64,000 nt of DNA from Ruditapes philippinarum (GCF_026571515.1 NW_026853701.1:1-64000), one strand, 5' to 3'; shown: positions 24,900 to 39,060, counted from the stretch's first letter. Notes: generated from the sequence alone by a model not told the origin. A program made the numbers and translations.

Positions 24900-27800
24900 A
24901 AGAGTATGGGCCATTCTAGAGAGAATACAGAAGAAGTAGGTGATGTTTATAGAGCAAGAAGCCTGTGTGATGGTGTCTATGTGAAGAGAGCCATAGAGGG
25001 TGTTCCACGTATGTTCACGGGGCTTCAAAGACAATTGTTTCTACCAAGATATATGAAAGGATTAATAAATCTAAAAGACCAACTCTTCAAAAGTCTGTGT
25101 GTTTAAAAGGGGCAAGCGGCTCACCAATAAAAGAGAGAGGTAAAGCTGAGTTTAATATAGAGTTAGGACAATATGCGATCATCAGTGAAGCTGTGGTTCC
25201 TGAAATAGAGGTTGATGCTCTGTTGGGCTTTGATGTTTTAATGGGGAGCAAGAAAGGACCTGCAGATATACCCTTGAGTAAAAATAAGATTATTTTGGAT
25301 GGAATTGAGATTACAACTATCCAGATTGGGAAACACAAAAAGATTAGGCGAGTGGTGGTAGCCAAAGATGTTAACATTCCGGGTCAATCGGACGCAGTTA
25401 TTCATGCTTTTGTTGAGAGGGCAGAAACATATGACAATGAAGGTCAAGCAGACTATTTGGTAGAACCTACAGATTCATTTAAGGAAAGCTACCATTTATT
25501 GATGGCATCAACTTTGATATATATAAATCAAGGTACTACGTGTAAATTGCGGATACTAAATCCTTTTGCGTGTGAGATATCTTTGAAACAAGACGCAGAA
25601 ATAGCAACTGCCGACATAATCGATAGGGTTGTTAGCATTATCGCAAATGAAGAAAATAGTCTTGAAGTTGAAAAAAATAACAGAATAAGAAAGGTTGACA
25701 AAAGCAAAACCCAACAGTGGAAAATAAATTTACAATTGCTGAAGAAAAAGAGGTACCTTAGCATCTTCAAGAACTGTACAAGAAATCTGCAGAGGGAAAA
25801 TTAGAGCATGAAAAGCATATTCTAGCAGGGTTGCTTGAAAAGTTTGGGGATACATTCTCTAGAAATGAATGGGATATTGGATTGACAAGTTTAACAGAGC
25901 ACTCAATTAATTCAAGAAATGCCACACCAGTAAAACAGAGGCCTAGGAAAGTACCAATAGCTTATGCGGCATAAGCAAAAGAAGCAATCGAAGACCTTCT
26001 AAGAAAAGGAGTTATGCAAAAAAGTACATCTCCATGGTCAAGTCCAATAGTATTTGTACGAAAGAAATCTAGCGCCATACGGTCATGTGTCGATTATAGA
26101 AGGGTGAATGCGTTAGTAAAGCCAGATGGTTTTCCTCTCCCTCGTGTACAAGATTGTCTAGACGCAGTAGCAGGTTCTTCTTTATTTAGAAGTTTAGATC
26201 TTACAAGTGGTTATTTCCAGATTCCACTTAAAAAGAAGACATTCCAAAAAGTGCTTTTTCATGTAAATTTGGTCAATATGAGATGGTTAGAATGCCTTTC
26301 GGTTTAAACAATGCTGCAAGTACGTTTCAAAGAACAATGGAGTAAGCACTTCAAGGTTTGCAATGGGTTACTTGTTTGGTGTACATTGATGATATTATCA
26401 TATTCGGTGCTGATTTTCAAGAACACATCAGTAGAGTGGAGGAAGTTCTTAGACGAATAAGAGATGCTGGTCTAAAACTTAAACCAGACAAATGTCATCT
26501 GCTGCAAACAGAAGTTGTCTTTCTTTGACATGTGGTTTCAAAAGAAGGTATTAAGCCAGATCCTACAAATCTATCCAAAATTGTACAATGGCCAAAACCC
26601 CAGAATGCAAAGAAGGCAAAGCAATTCGTAGCAACAGGTTAATATTACAGGCGTTTTATTAAGGACTTTGCTAAAATTGCGAGACCTTTGATAGAGCATA
26701 CAAAAAAGGATAAAGCATTTATTTGGGATGAACATTGCGAAAAGGCATTTGCAACAATTAAAGAAGCCTTAATAAGCCAATAAGTGATGGGATATCCTTT
26801 GAACCATGGTGGCGTCTTTTTGCTTGATGCTGATGTGTCGGGAGTAGGAATTGGTGTCGTTCTTCAACAAATTCAATATGATAAAAAGAGAGAGTTTTAG
26901 CTTATGCTAGCAGAGCAATGAACAAAGCCGAAAGAAACTACTGTGTAACAGAAGAAGAATTACTCGCAGTTGTTTTCTTTGTGCAATATTTTCGACAGTA
27001 CTAACTAGGAAGGCATTTTACACAGAGAACCGATCACCAAGTATTAATTTGGTTATTCAGTTTGAAATAACCTTCTGGAAAGATTGCCAGCTGGATAGAG
27101 ATTTTGGCACCTTTTGATTTCACCATTGAAGAAAACAAGGACAAAACAAGGAAGAAAACAAGGACACTGTGATGCACTGTCTAGGTGTGAAAATGCTAAA
27201 GATTGTTCATGTCATGATGTTTATATGAATGAGCCTTTAAAAGGCGATCCATGTAAGAAATGTAGGAACAGAGCGAATGTTATGATGCTGAAAGTTAAAG
27301 ATAAACAGAATTAACAGACTGAATTTTCTCTTAAAGAACAAGTAAAGAACCACAACCAGGTCCTTCAAGACAATCTCAGTTTCAAATTAACCCAAACTGG
27401 TTGTGGACCAATACGGCAGAGGATTTAGCAAAGAAGCAAGCTACGGATAGTGACATTGGACCAATTTATGAAGCTAAAGAAGAGAATAAGAAACCTCCAA
27501 GTTCAGATACGATGGTCAAGAGCCCTGCCTGCAGGCATTACTGGATTTTGTGGGAAAATCTGCATTTACAGGATGGTGTTTTAATCATTAGGTCGAGAGA
27601 TTAGATTACCAGCAGATTTGGTATATGGTTTTGCTTCAAATCCAAAAGAGGAACCAGAATATGCAACTTATATAGCCAAGCCAATAGACTGTATTTGAAG
27701 TTTAGTGCCAAGCAAAGTAAAACGATCTACGATACAAAGACCTCTTATCATGAATACAAAGCAGGTACCGTGGTATGGTAATTACATGAAACGAAGAAGG

Positions 27801-28012
27801 TGGGAGTCACACCGAAATTAGAGAAGATGTTTGACGGACCATTCATCATAAAAGAAAAATTTTCAAACGTGAATTTTGTTATACAAATGGACAAAGATGG
27901 CAAGGAGAAGTTAGTCCGCCATGATAAGCTGAAACCATATGTTAGTGTTAATATTCCAAGTTGGTTACAGAAGATCAGCAAGACATTAATAAAGAAAAGC
28001 TCCAGTCAGTAG
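24900..28012 (+). pseudogene. pol: pol (protease, RT, RNase H, integrase with core deleted)
   Basis: SPWSSPIVFVRKK..CVDYRRVN..LDLTSGYFQI; MPFGL; VYIDDII (~26380); RNase H YASR..ERNYC..ELLAV, TDH; C-terminal DGPF..VRHDKLKPY. Many stops and frameshifts. Confidence 0.92.
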
Positions 28013-28228
28013 ACTATTGTAGTCCATGAATAGCATATGTAGCAGTACCTTTAGATGTTGCAGTATTGTAAATACTGTAAGAGTTATATCAAGAATAAAC
28101 ATGTCAGCAAAACTCATCAAAATCAACCATTGTCAAGATTGTTAAGTTTGTTGTCTGTCAACAATTCTCCATGCCTATATGTTTTCAGATATCAAAAATT
28201 TGTAACCCTATTGGTAAAAATGTTCAAA

Positions 28229-29657
28229 ATGGATACCGTTTCAGGTTATAATGAGTGAGAAGACACCAAGACGAGGCAAATTATACACCTGCTTACACTG
28301 TCTGAAGCAAGGGAAAACCTTTACAGAAGTACAGGGTAACTGGTGTTTGGAAGCACCATGTACCGTTGTCAGAGGCTGTGTTCTATTGTTCCCTGTGTCT
28401 CTTTAGATGTACAACAGAGGAGGCGTTGATGAAACATGTGAAGACCTACAAAAGGCTTTTGTTAATGAAGAAAGGGAAAGGTGAAGGTAATAATGACAGT
28501 ATATATTTAACGAAGAATCCTACACCGAAGACGTTATTGGAAGGGGTTGACTACAGGGTGCAGACAGTGGAGGAACGAGTTTCGGGTGTGTCAACTGATG
28601 AAGATCCATTTTATTTAAGCAGCACACAGGTAAAGGGAGATAGCAGACTGATAACAATCAGTGTGACCCCAGAAGTATTATCTGATTTCATTACTAGCCA
28701 GAATGACAATATTAACAAACAACCTAGTCAAGTACCTTCAGATGATACCGAAATTGTTAAAGATCAAAGGCATTGTATCGTGCAGCATAACCTTCCATTT
28801 ACGGTAACTTCCTCTTCCATTCCAACAGCCACAGCATCTTCCTCTTTGGGTTCCCCAGTAACAACAACTATGACGACTGTTCCATCATTGACACCGATCT
28901 CACGACAAGAAACCACATATTTTAACTCGCAAACTTTCAATTTCTTAGAATCCCTTTGTTTAACACCTGGGCAGGCAACACTTACAAGTACATATGTATT
29001 CAACACCCCTATTATTAAAATCCACACTGAGGAAAACACTTAAGATCAGCTGCTACCAAATGGAGCGTTAAATTTTGGAACGCCTTTCATCGCAACCCCA
29101 CAAATTGTGAACACGCCAAAGGTAAATATGGAAATGGAAACAGAGAATGTTGAGCCAGAGTGTAAGAAAAGAAAGTGTGAAGATGGAAAGTCAATAGAAA
29201 AGTTATTAGAAAGAATAGTTATGTCAATAGAAGCGAACAGTAGAGCGATTTGAAAGTGTAAAAAGGTCAATGGATAGAATGCACCATAGTTTTAAAGGTT
29301 TACACAGGACAAGGGAATAGATTAAGTATGATATTAAAGAGAGCAGAGAAAAGAATAGGAGAGTAGAAAGAAACAACAGGCACGAAGGGCACAGAGAATC
29401 AAACATAACAACCAGTCGACAGAGAACTATTTACACACCAGACAGCAGACATCACAGTAGAGAGTTCAACAGAGAACGACATAGAGAACGAGACAGAGAA
29501 GAAAAAAGTGGAAACAATAACAAAAGACGTAATAATGCAAACGATGACAGACAACACAAAAACCAAGGAAAGGAGCAAAGCATCAGAAACACTGAGGAGA
29601 AAAACAAAAACCTGAAAGAAGGACGATCTGTATTGAAGTCAGTGATAAATAAGTAAT
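28229..29657 (+). pseudogene. Extra ORF3 between pol and the 3' LTR: zinc-finger-like N-terminus, S/T/P-rich linker, charged tail
   Basis: YTCLHC..KHHVPLSEAVFYCSLCLFRC..LMKHVK (ORF 28366-29043), continuing through stops to ..RERHRERDRE..LKSVINK*. Confidence 0.65.
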
Positions 29658-30016
29658 AAACAATTATACATTAAAACATTCTAGGAACATTAATGATATA
29701 TCAGCAAGGAGTCAAACAGGAATGGAGAACTATTTTAGTAATAAATAAATAAATGGACTGAAAATATTAAAACATGTTGATGTTATATTTGATCAACACT
29801 ATTGTTATATTGCTACTTTAATAATTATATATACTTTTATTAAGGAAACACTGAAATGAACTAAATGATTATTAATTGATTGTTAATTTAGCTGTTAATT
29901 GATTATTAATTGATAAATAATTTAAATCTTTATTGTTATTTTTTTATTGTTTCTGACGTGTAATTTTTTAAGAGTTTCGCTATTGTTATTGATTGTCAGA
30001 TGGAAGTGGAGGGAAA

Positions 30017-31193
30017 TGATACATCCCGTATTTATTCTTTGTAAACAAGCTATTTTTAGAACTAGGTCAACACAAGTTAATCAAGTAAGTACAGGGAGTG
30101 TCAGTATACAATTTTAAGGGAAATCATTTTTATACTCACTTTTGCATTAATCTGAACTAATATTGCCTTTACAGTATTGTTTCATCCTTAGTAATTACAA
30201 ATTTTTACTGCCCGTAAAGCACATCCCTCTCTGGAGGCAACCATGTTTTTCAATTGCATTATGGGTAGTTACCCATGACAACTATATAGAAAAGTGTCAG
30301 ACTCTGAAGCTGTCAAACGATTTTATAAGTAAATTATTCACAGATAAGCTGCACATCAAAGATACCAAGGTGACAGTCATGTTATTTAGGGTTTAATCTT
30401 TTGATTTATGTCAATTTTTGAGGAACTTTAATTCATTTTTCTGATTTAAATTTAGTTTTTCTTGTACTACACATGGCTGTTCCATGTACACTTTATTGAG
30501 CTGTGTACATTTTGCACACAATTTCTAGGTTGTGTTCAGAGTTTAATTGAGTGCACCCAGCCAGTCTGTGTGTGCACACATAATTTGAGTGTGTAGCTGA
30601 GGAGTATATAAGCTCCTGTAAATTCAGCCAGAGCAAGTTTCTGAGATTTTGAGCTTCAGCTTGGGTTTTGAAAGTAAACATTTTTCTGCCATTGTAAGTC
30701 AACTTAATGTTTTGTTCTCTCTTTGCATTTATATAAAAGCTTTTATCAGTCATTTAAAAGTAAAAGTTATCATTTTGAAGTTAGGAATTTATTGTTTAAA
30801 CTTAGGTTTGTTGACAGATATGTTTGCATTTTTGAGCTTACTTACTTTAAGCTAATTTAACACAGAATTTTAATTTTTAAATATTACACTGCTTAATATA
30901 TTGTTTGGACTTTGTTTATGTCATATGTGTTTTGCTGACTTTTTGATAGTTTTAATTATTCATATGATAATTTTGATAAAAAATAATTAAATAAATAATA
31001 ATATTTAAATTTACTAAATCTTGGTGTTTCTTATAATAAAAATAGTTTAAGTAAAGGTATAGGTAAATAACCCCTAAGTTAGAAACTACCGATTAAGCTT
31101 AGCCATATTTGAGCCACACCCCCCCCCCTCCCGACTTTGTCCAGAGACCTCGGGATTCAACTTAGAGATACCTAAGCCGGCCAGAGTGCAACA
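30017..31193 (+). repeat. 3' LTR (1177 bp)
   Basis: Direct repeat of 22371-23300, preceded by the PPT and followed by ATAT. Confidence 0.95.
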
Positions 31194-32199
31194 ATATTAC
31201 AACAATCAAATAGTAAATGGTTGTATATATTTAGTATTTTGGACCTCAAGGCAATGTTCACTCGGCCATATACCGCCTCTCTAACTTTTATGATTTTTAA
31301 CAGAAGTCTCATTATTAATCATATTACTCTCATTTAATTGTCCGAAAGATTAAAACCAATGAAACAATTAAAATTCTAAATTTGGTTTACGGTAAAGTGG
31401 CTTTTTGCTGAGTAACGTTTGTGTATAATTTTTGTCTCGTTTTCTTTCCTTTTTTATAGCAAAAAACGAATACACTTTTTTTTTGAGGGCCCTTATCATT
31501 ATGCCACGACAAACTGCTATTTCGTTAGGTTGGCCATCTTTGCCGATGCTTAAACTGAAGCTATATAACGGAATGACTCAAAAATTATATAAGTGTCAGT
31601 CATTACAGATGTTTGTGATTTATGGACTTCAATTTTTCCAACTAGTGTTTAATAATAAATAGGTGATTAAGATTTGCTACGTTACATACACTAGTTTACT
31701 TAAGTTTGGCATAGATAAGTGACCTATTATTTTACTAACCATGCGAGAAATTCAGGCGTTATCAACGTCTAGACATACCTTTGTATACCATAATACCATG
31801 CGACAAATTCAGCCGGTACCTTCAGCTTTTTTCTAAAAACTTCTCCTGATTTTTCTGTGTCTCGATACCCCCCATTACGGTTCCCTGGGGGAGATATTCC
31901 GAAAAGGAAACCGCAAAAATATGTAGTAAAAAAATTATTTTTTAATATTTACCCTTTCCATAATATTTTTAAAAAGTTTACCCTTAAAAAAAACAAAATT
32001 CGATGAAATTTAGTATTAACTCGTTACTTTTTCTAAAACAGCGTTGAAATTAAATTCATTATAAAGGGAAAAAAAAACTCATCCTAAGCATGTCATTGTT
32101 TTGCATGCGACTCATCTTGCCCACCCATGCTAGATGAAATCTCAGGCATAAGTAAAACTAACGGAAACGCCACTCTGACATGCCAAAATATGGTTCTGT

Positions 32200-32870
32200 C
32201 TTTTGAATAGATGGTAATGTGGTTTTGATAAATAGTGATGTCAGTTTGATAGATGGTGATATCGTTTTATTTGAGTATACGGTGGTTTCATTTGATAAAA
32301 GGTACTGTGATTTTGATATGGCGTGATTGTTATGTTGTTTGATAGATGGTGATGTCGTTTTGATAAATGGTGCTGTGTTTTCGATAAATTGTGATGTCGT
32401 TTTGGTAAATAGTTAATTTGTATCGATAAATGGCGCGGCAGTTTTAATAAACCGTGATGTCATTCGTTTTGATAAATGGTGCTGTGTTTTCGATAAATGG
32501 TGATATCGTTTTGATCGATAATGAATTGGTTCCGATAAACGGCGTTGTGGTTTGAATTAACCGTTGTATCATTCATTTTGATAAGTCGTGCTGTGTTTTC
32601 GATAAATGGTGAGGTCATTTTGATAGATAGTGAATTGGTTCTGATAAATTGCGCTGTGGTTTAAATAAACCGTGTTCTCATTTTGGTAAATGGTGATGTC
32701 ATTTTGATAGATTATGCTGTGGTTTTCATACATGGTTCTTTCATTTTGAATATGGTGATATGGTTTTTACAAATGGTGATGTGTGTAACGTATTTATTGC
32801 TACAATATTTCTGTATGGTTTTGATATATGGTGATGTCGTTTCTATTATAAATGATGATGCTATTTTGGT
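32200..32870 (+). repeat. Degenerate ~21-bp minisatellite (TTTTGATAAATGGTGATGTCG)n
   Basis: Many imperfect copies; the reverse-complement array lies at 53410-54002. Confidence 0.85.
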
Positions 32871-33059
32871 AATAATGTACGTCTAACATTTTTTATTACG
32901 ATTGTTGTTGATCGAATTTGTTTGGTGTGGGTGAAACTGTTCTGACACAGTGAAAATGGTGGCTAATTAGGTTTGGTTAAGCCGCACATACTTGGGACAT
33001 GGAGCTGCACACGCTTAAAAATTCAAATGAATTTAATACTCGTCAAACCATGTACATAC

Positions 33060-33196
33060 NNNNNNNNNNNNNNNNNNNNNNNNNNNNNNNNNNNNNNNNN
33101 NNNNNNNNNNNNNNNNNNNNNNNNNNNNNNNNNNNNNNNNNNNNNNNNNNNNNNNNNNNNNNNNNNNNNNNNNNNNNNNNNNNNNNNNNNNNNNNN
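33060..33196. other. Assembly gap (N run)
   Basis: Run of N. Confidence 1.
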
Positions 33197-34419
33197 CGTT
33201 TGAAAGTGCATTGGTCTTGATAAATGGCGCTATATATATCTTCTGTATCAATTATTAACATCCAATTATTGAGGGGTGGTCAAATGAAAGCAATTAGGCC
33301 AATAACTCGCTTTTAACAACGTTTGCGCTATGTATCGCATAGATGGTTCTGTGTAAGTCAGTTCAGTATAGCTTTGACAATAGCTCGATTAACGCCATCT
33401 ACTCGTGTATGCTAAAATGTTCGTGAAGTTGGCAGCCTAGCAGTCTGAAGTTGGCAGCCTAGCAGCCTGGCAGCCTAGCGGCCTGAAGTACACTAAGAAT
33501 AGTACAAACATGGAAACAGTCGGAAATAGAATTCGAAAAAGATAAAATAACGAATCCGAAAACATATCTAAATGTCGTTTTCCTGTGCTTTCTTTACATA
33601 GCTGTGGTAAATTCCGCTCATGGAGTGTAATAACGAATTCTTCGTTTTTGGTCGTTATTTCATCCCACGCCGAAAGGCTGCGGGGATATAGAAATAGTCT
33701 TCGTCCATTCTTCCGTCCGTACTTCCATCCGTACTTCTGTCCGTCCATCCATCCGTCCGTCCTCCTGTCCGACATTTTTGTCCGGAGCATATCTCAAAAA
33801 GTCTTTGAGGTATCAACTTGAAACTTCATAGGTTGATAGACCTCATTAAAGGGGTGTGCAATGCATAAGAATGATCACTCTACCTTGCATAATTTTTGAG
33901 TTATTGCCCTTTGTTTTGTTTTTTCAAAATTAATTTTTGTCCAGAGCATAACTCAAAAAGCCTTTTAGATATCAACATGGAACTTCATAGGTGGATAGAT
34001 CTCACACAGGAGGTGTGCAGTGCACAAGAATAATCACTCTACCTTCCATAATGTCCATTATTTACATAAATGAACTTTCTGTGATGACTGGTGTGTCTTG
34101 TATGTGTTTTGAACAAACTATAACATGAAGATGAAACCATTAGCCAAACCAGTCATCATCAATTCGTTCAAACTTAACTCACATTGGCGATTCTATGTAA
34201 TATTTATAGTTCTTATATACCTACACCTATCAATACTATCTTCCATGTCGATAATGCAATCTCTACTCACTCATCAGAACGAAATATTAAACTGTGCATT
34301 CAGATTCAAACGCACACATCCTATGTCTGCAATTCACCACAGAAATGTCACATTTTCATATGTTATATTGTCTCTGCTAATAAGCATCCAATGTTCACTC
34401 TTAGGATTTCTCATGTGTT

Positions 34420-35439
34420 TTTATATGCCTTTCTGGTGATGTGCATCCTAATCCTTGACCAGACGTTTCAATATCAATTTCAAGTAGTTCCCTTTTATCC
34501 AAATCCAGCATAGCCTTGACAGATATTTCCTCTTATTTTTCTTTTATGCACTTCAATGTTCAGAGCATTAAACATAAACTAGATACGCTCTTTGCCGAAT
34601 TTAAGGACTTTGATATCCTCTCTTTCTCTGAATCATGGCTAGATAGTTCTACACCAAACAGTGATTTAATCTTTGAAGGCTTTCATGAACCAGAAAGGAA
34701 AGATCGGTTAGGGGGCAGTCACGGAGGAGTGCTGTTGTATGTAAAAAGCTACTATCGTTATTTGCGTCGTCATGACTTGGAAATTCAAGGAATTGAGTGC
34801 ATTTGGGTTGAAATTATTAGCAAGACAAAACGCTTTCTCTATGGTACTTACTACCGACCACCTTACACTTCTACTCTACAACACTCCTTAATCGAAGATT
34901 CCATTAATCTTGCTGTTGATTCCGGTATACCAAACATCATAATCACGGGAGACTTCAACATTAACATGCTTAATTCTACTGCCTCTAGAAAATTAATCTC
35001 ACTTATTCAGCAACTTTCTCTTACTCAACTTATTTCAGAGCCAACCCACTTAAATGAAAGCTCCAACTCACTAATCGATATTATTCTCACATCGAATCCT
35101 TTATTCATATACACTGTTGGTGTTGGTGAGCCTTGTCTAGACCAACCTGTTCGCTATCACTGTCCTGTTTTTGGCCTGATAAATTTTAATAAATCAAATA
35201 CTCACACTTATACAAGGCATATATGGCTGTTTGGCAAAGGCAACTATCAACAACTTCGAGAACTTGCAGCTTCAACAAATTGGCACCAATTTAAAGACCA
35301 ACACAAAATCACAGAAGCCATAATAGATATATCAAAAATATGTATTCCTAACAGAAACGTAACCATAAGACCAAATGACCCACCCTGGTTTCCTCCTAAC
35401 TTAAAAACACTTATCAGACAAAGAGGTAGATATTACAAA
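34420..35439 (+). pseudogene. LINE ORF2 N-terminal part: 2A-like motif and apurinic endonuclease domain
   Basis: In-frame LSGDVHPNP*P, then HFNVQS, SESWL, RKDR..GGV, YYRPP, GDFN, PTH..IDIIL, HCPV, PPWF. Confidence 0.92.
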
Positions 35440-36647
35440 CAAGAGGGCCATGATGGCCTGAGGTAGCTCACCTGTATATAGGCCCCCGAAGCGGGGCCAG
35501 TTTAAACCCCAGGGCTTTTATTTAAACAAACTTGGAATTAAGACACCCATTAGAAGATGTTTCATGATGTTAAGTTTTTGCTATACACATATAAGGAAAA
35601 ACAATGACGTTCTCTCCCCCCCCCCGGCAGAGTTAATTTTAACCCAAGGGCTTTTATTTGAACAAACTTGGTAGACACCCATAAGAAGTTGTTTCATGCT
35701 AAACATCTAAGCTCTAGCTCATTGGGTTTTTTAAAAGAAGATTTTTTAAGTTTTTACTATACACATATAGTTAAAAACAATGACACCCCTGGGGTGGGGC
35801 CAGTTTTGACCCCAGGGCTTTTATTTGAACAAACTTTGTAGACACTTATTAGAAGATGTTTCATGCTTAATATCTAAACTCTAGCTATTTGGTTTTTTTC
35901 AAAGAAGATTTTTTAAGTTTTTGCTATACACATATAAGGAAATCAATGACCCCCGGGGTGGGACCAATTTTGACCCCAGGGCTTTAATTTGAAAAAACTT
36001 TGTAGACACTCACTAGAAGATGTTTCATGCTTAATATCTAAACTCTAGCTATTTGGGATTTTTTCAAAGAAGGTTTTTTAAGTTTTTGCTATACACATAT
36101 AAGGAAAATCAATGACCCCCGGGGCGGGGCCAATTTTGACCCCAGGGCTTTTATTTGAACAAACTTAGTAGACACCCATTAGAACATGTTTCATGCTAAA
36201 TATCTTAGCTCTAGCTCTTTGAGTTCTTTAAAAGAAGATTTTTTAAGTTTTTACTATATGCATATAGGGAAAATCAATGACCCCCCTGGTGCGGGCCAAT
36301 TTTGACCCAGGGCTTTTATTTGAACAAACTTGGTAGACACTCATTAGAAGATGGTTCATGCCAAATATCTAAGCTCTAGCTCTTATGGTTCTTTAAAAGA
36401 AGATATTTAAAGTTTTTTCTTTCGGTTGCCATGGCAACCAGAGTTATGCATGGAATTAAATTCTTTGAACAATTTTTAAAGGTGACCACCAAAGGAACAT
36501 TCTTGTGAAGTTTGGATGAAATTGGCTTAGTGGTTTATGAGGAGATGACATTTGAAGCAAAAGTTTACGGACGGACGACGGACGGACGCCGGACGAAAAG
36601 CGATCACAAAAGCTCACCCTGTCACTTTGTGACAGGTGAGCTAAAAA
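35437..36647 (-). mobile_element. Complete HINE-type element A (~165-bp cores)
   Basis: AAACAAGAGGGCCATGATGGCC..GCTCACCTG at one end; GACG repeats, CTGTCACTTTGTGACAG palindrome and GTGAGCTAAAAA at the other. Confidence 0.85.
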
Positions 36648-37198
36648 CTATTTATTGTACATATAACATGAATTGCCCTTTATTTCAAATGTTATACTCT
36701 AACTCTTTGATGAATATCAAATAAATAATGTGACCTCCTTTATGGTCAAAAAAACCTAAAAACATTAAATTTAAAGTTTAAAGATCAAGGGAAGCATTTA
36801 TAAAATAAAAAAAACTGCAAAGGGTAATAAAGAAATATACTCAGAATTAAATTGAAAATTGATAGGTAATGCATTTATTAATTAAACCTGATTTTGGGAT
36901 CATTTTGCATAATAAAATTAAATATTTTGGGAAAACTTGGCAAGGGAATGATCTGAAAACATGCACACAATAGGCCAGTCTGGTTCAGGCCTTCATAAAA
37001 TTGTACACTCATCTTGGAATAATATATCAAGTCCTGTCTAATAAAATGTCAAAAGATTTTAACAAGGTTTTTCTTCGTCTCTAAATAGAGTTAATAATAT
37101 TTGTGTTTAATTTTGATGTATAAACCTATCAAAACATCTTTAGTTTAAACTCATCTGAAATATTTAAATTATTTTCACAAATACATGTAACCATTCTG

Positions 37199-38113
37199 AC
37201 AAAGTTTTATTGGCCCAAAAGCACTCACCTGAGGACAGGCTGTTATTTGTGTGAAAGCAGTGAAAGTTAGTTGTTATTACAAGATTCTGAATGAAATCGC
37301 TCACCTTTATAGCCAAGGCCAATTTAAAACCAGGGGCTTTTATTTGAACAAACTTGGTAGACACTCGGAAGAAGATATTTCATGCTTAGAATCTAAACTC
37401 TACCTCTTTGGGTTTTTTGTAAGATCTTTAAATTTTTACTATACACATATAAGGAAAATCAATGACCCCCGGAGTGGAGCCAATTTTAACCCAAGGTCCC
37501 TTATTTGAACAAACTTGGTAGACACCCATTAGAAGATGTTTCATGTTAAATATCTTAGCTCTAGCTCTTTGGGGTTTTTAAAAGAAGATTTTTTTAAGTT
37601 TTTACTATAAACATAAAGGGAAAAACAATGAACCCCTGGGACGGGGCCAATATTTACCCAAGGGCTTTTATCTGAACAAACGTGGTAGACACCCACCAGA
37701 TGATGTTTCATGCTTAATATCTTAGCTCTAGCTATTTTCGTTTTTTAAAAGAAGATACATATAAGGAAAATCAATGACCCCCGGGGCGGGGCCAATTTTG
37801 ACCCAAGGGCATTTTTTTGAACAAACTTGGTCAAACTTGGTTTTGAACAAACTAGTCAAACATTGACTAGATGATGTTTCTTGCCAAATATTTAAGCTCT
37901 AGCTCTTTCGGTTTTCTAAAAGAAGATGGCAACCAGATTTCTGCTTGGTAACAATTTTTAAAGTTGACTACCACAGGAACATTCCTGTGAAGTTTGAATA
38001 AAATTGGCTTGGCGGTTTAAAAGTTTAAAGTAAAAGTTTACGGACGGACAAACGCCGGACGAAAAGTGATCACAAAAGCTCACCATGTCACTTTGTGACA
38101 GGTGAGCTAAAAA
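37199..38113 (-). mobile_element. HINE-type element B, same family as A, more decayed
   Basis: Same cores (GGGCTTTTATTTGAACAAACTTGGTAGACAC) and same end TGTCACTTTGTGACAGGTGAGCTAAAAA. Confidence 0.8.
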
Positions 38114-38119
38114 GCCAAA

Positions 38120-39060
38120 GGTCACTTCATGAAAATCTAGGTAAGCTGATACCAAAGGTAAATTGTACATTTAACATCTAAAACTGCACATGGCCCAAAT
38201 TTCATGGCTGTACATCAAAGGACAAGAAAGTAGGTCACATGTTAAACAGTATATCGGCTGACATTAAAATTCATTTTTACATCTCAAACTGTGCACATGG
38301 TCCAAATACCCACCAGACAATGTTTTATGTTGAATATCTAACTTCTAAGCTCCAGCTTTTTGTTATTCAGAAAACATTTTTTAGCTTATGCTTTTACTTT
38401 ACATACATAGTCAAAATGAAAATCAATGACCCCTGAGGCATGGCCAATTTTGAACCCAGGGCTATGATTTGAACAATCTTGGTACATGTAGAGGTCCACT
38501 ACTACACACTGTGTCATGCATATATCTAACTTCTAGCCTTTCAAGAAGATTTCTTAAGTTTTTACTATATACATGTACATATATTAAAGGAAAACCTATG
38601 AACCCCCCCCCACCCAGGGCAGGCCAATTGTCACTTTGGCAGGGGACCTATAGATGACATAATATACCAATACATGTATCAAAGTTCTACACCTTGTACC
38701 TTCAGACAAGAAGAGTTTTTATAATTTTACTTTACATACATAATGACAATCAGTGATGTGAGCCCCTAACAATATTGGCAAAGGTCTACTACACAATGTT
38801 TCAAGCCAAATATCTAACCTCTAGCCTTTGTCAATTCCAAATATGAATGCTCTGGGCCTTGATACTTTCAGACAAGATTTTTTAAAATTAAATGCATTCT
38901 TGAAACTCCTTTTTGGGCCCCATTACCTACTTATGCAACAGACATGTACCATGTGAACAACTTTGAAAGGGGACCATCAAAGGATCATTCCTGTAATGTT
39001 TGGTTACAGTGCAGTCATTGGCGTCAAAGGAGATGTTGTTTAAAGTAATCGTTGATTATT
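38120..39060 (-). repeat. Old degenerate HINE-core remnants
   Basis: Diverged ATCAATGACCCC..GGCCAATTTTGAACCCAGG and ATATCTAAC(T/C)TCTAGC motifs. Confidence 0.5.

Larger units (their letters stand above)
22371..31193 (+). mobile_element. Gypsy/Ty3 LTR retrotransposon with both LTRs, coding-defective
   Basis: TG..CA LTR pair; ATAT TSD (22367-22370 and 31194-31197); polypurine tract GGAAGTGGAGGGAAA at 30002-30016; order gag-PR-RT-RH-IN. Confidence 0.95.
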
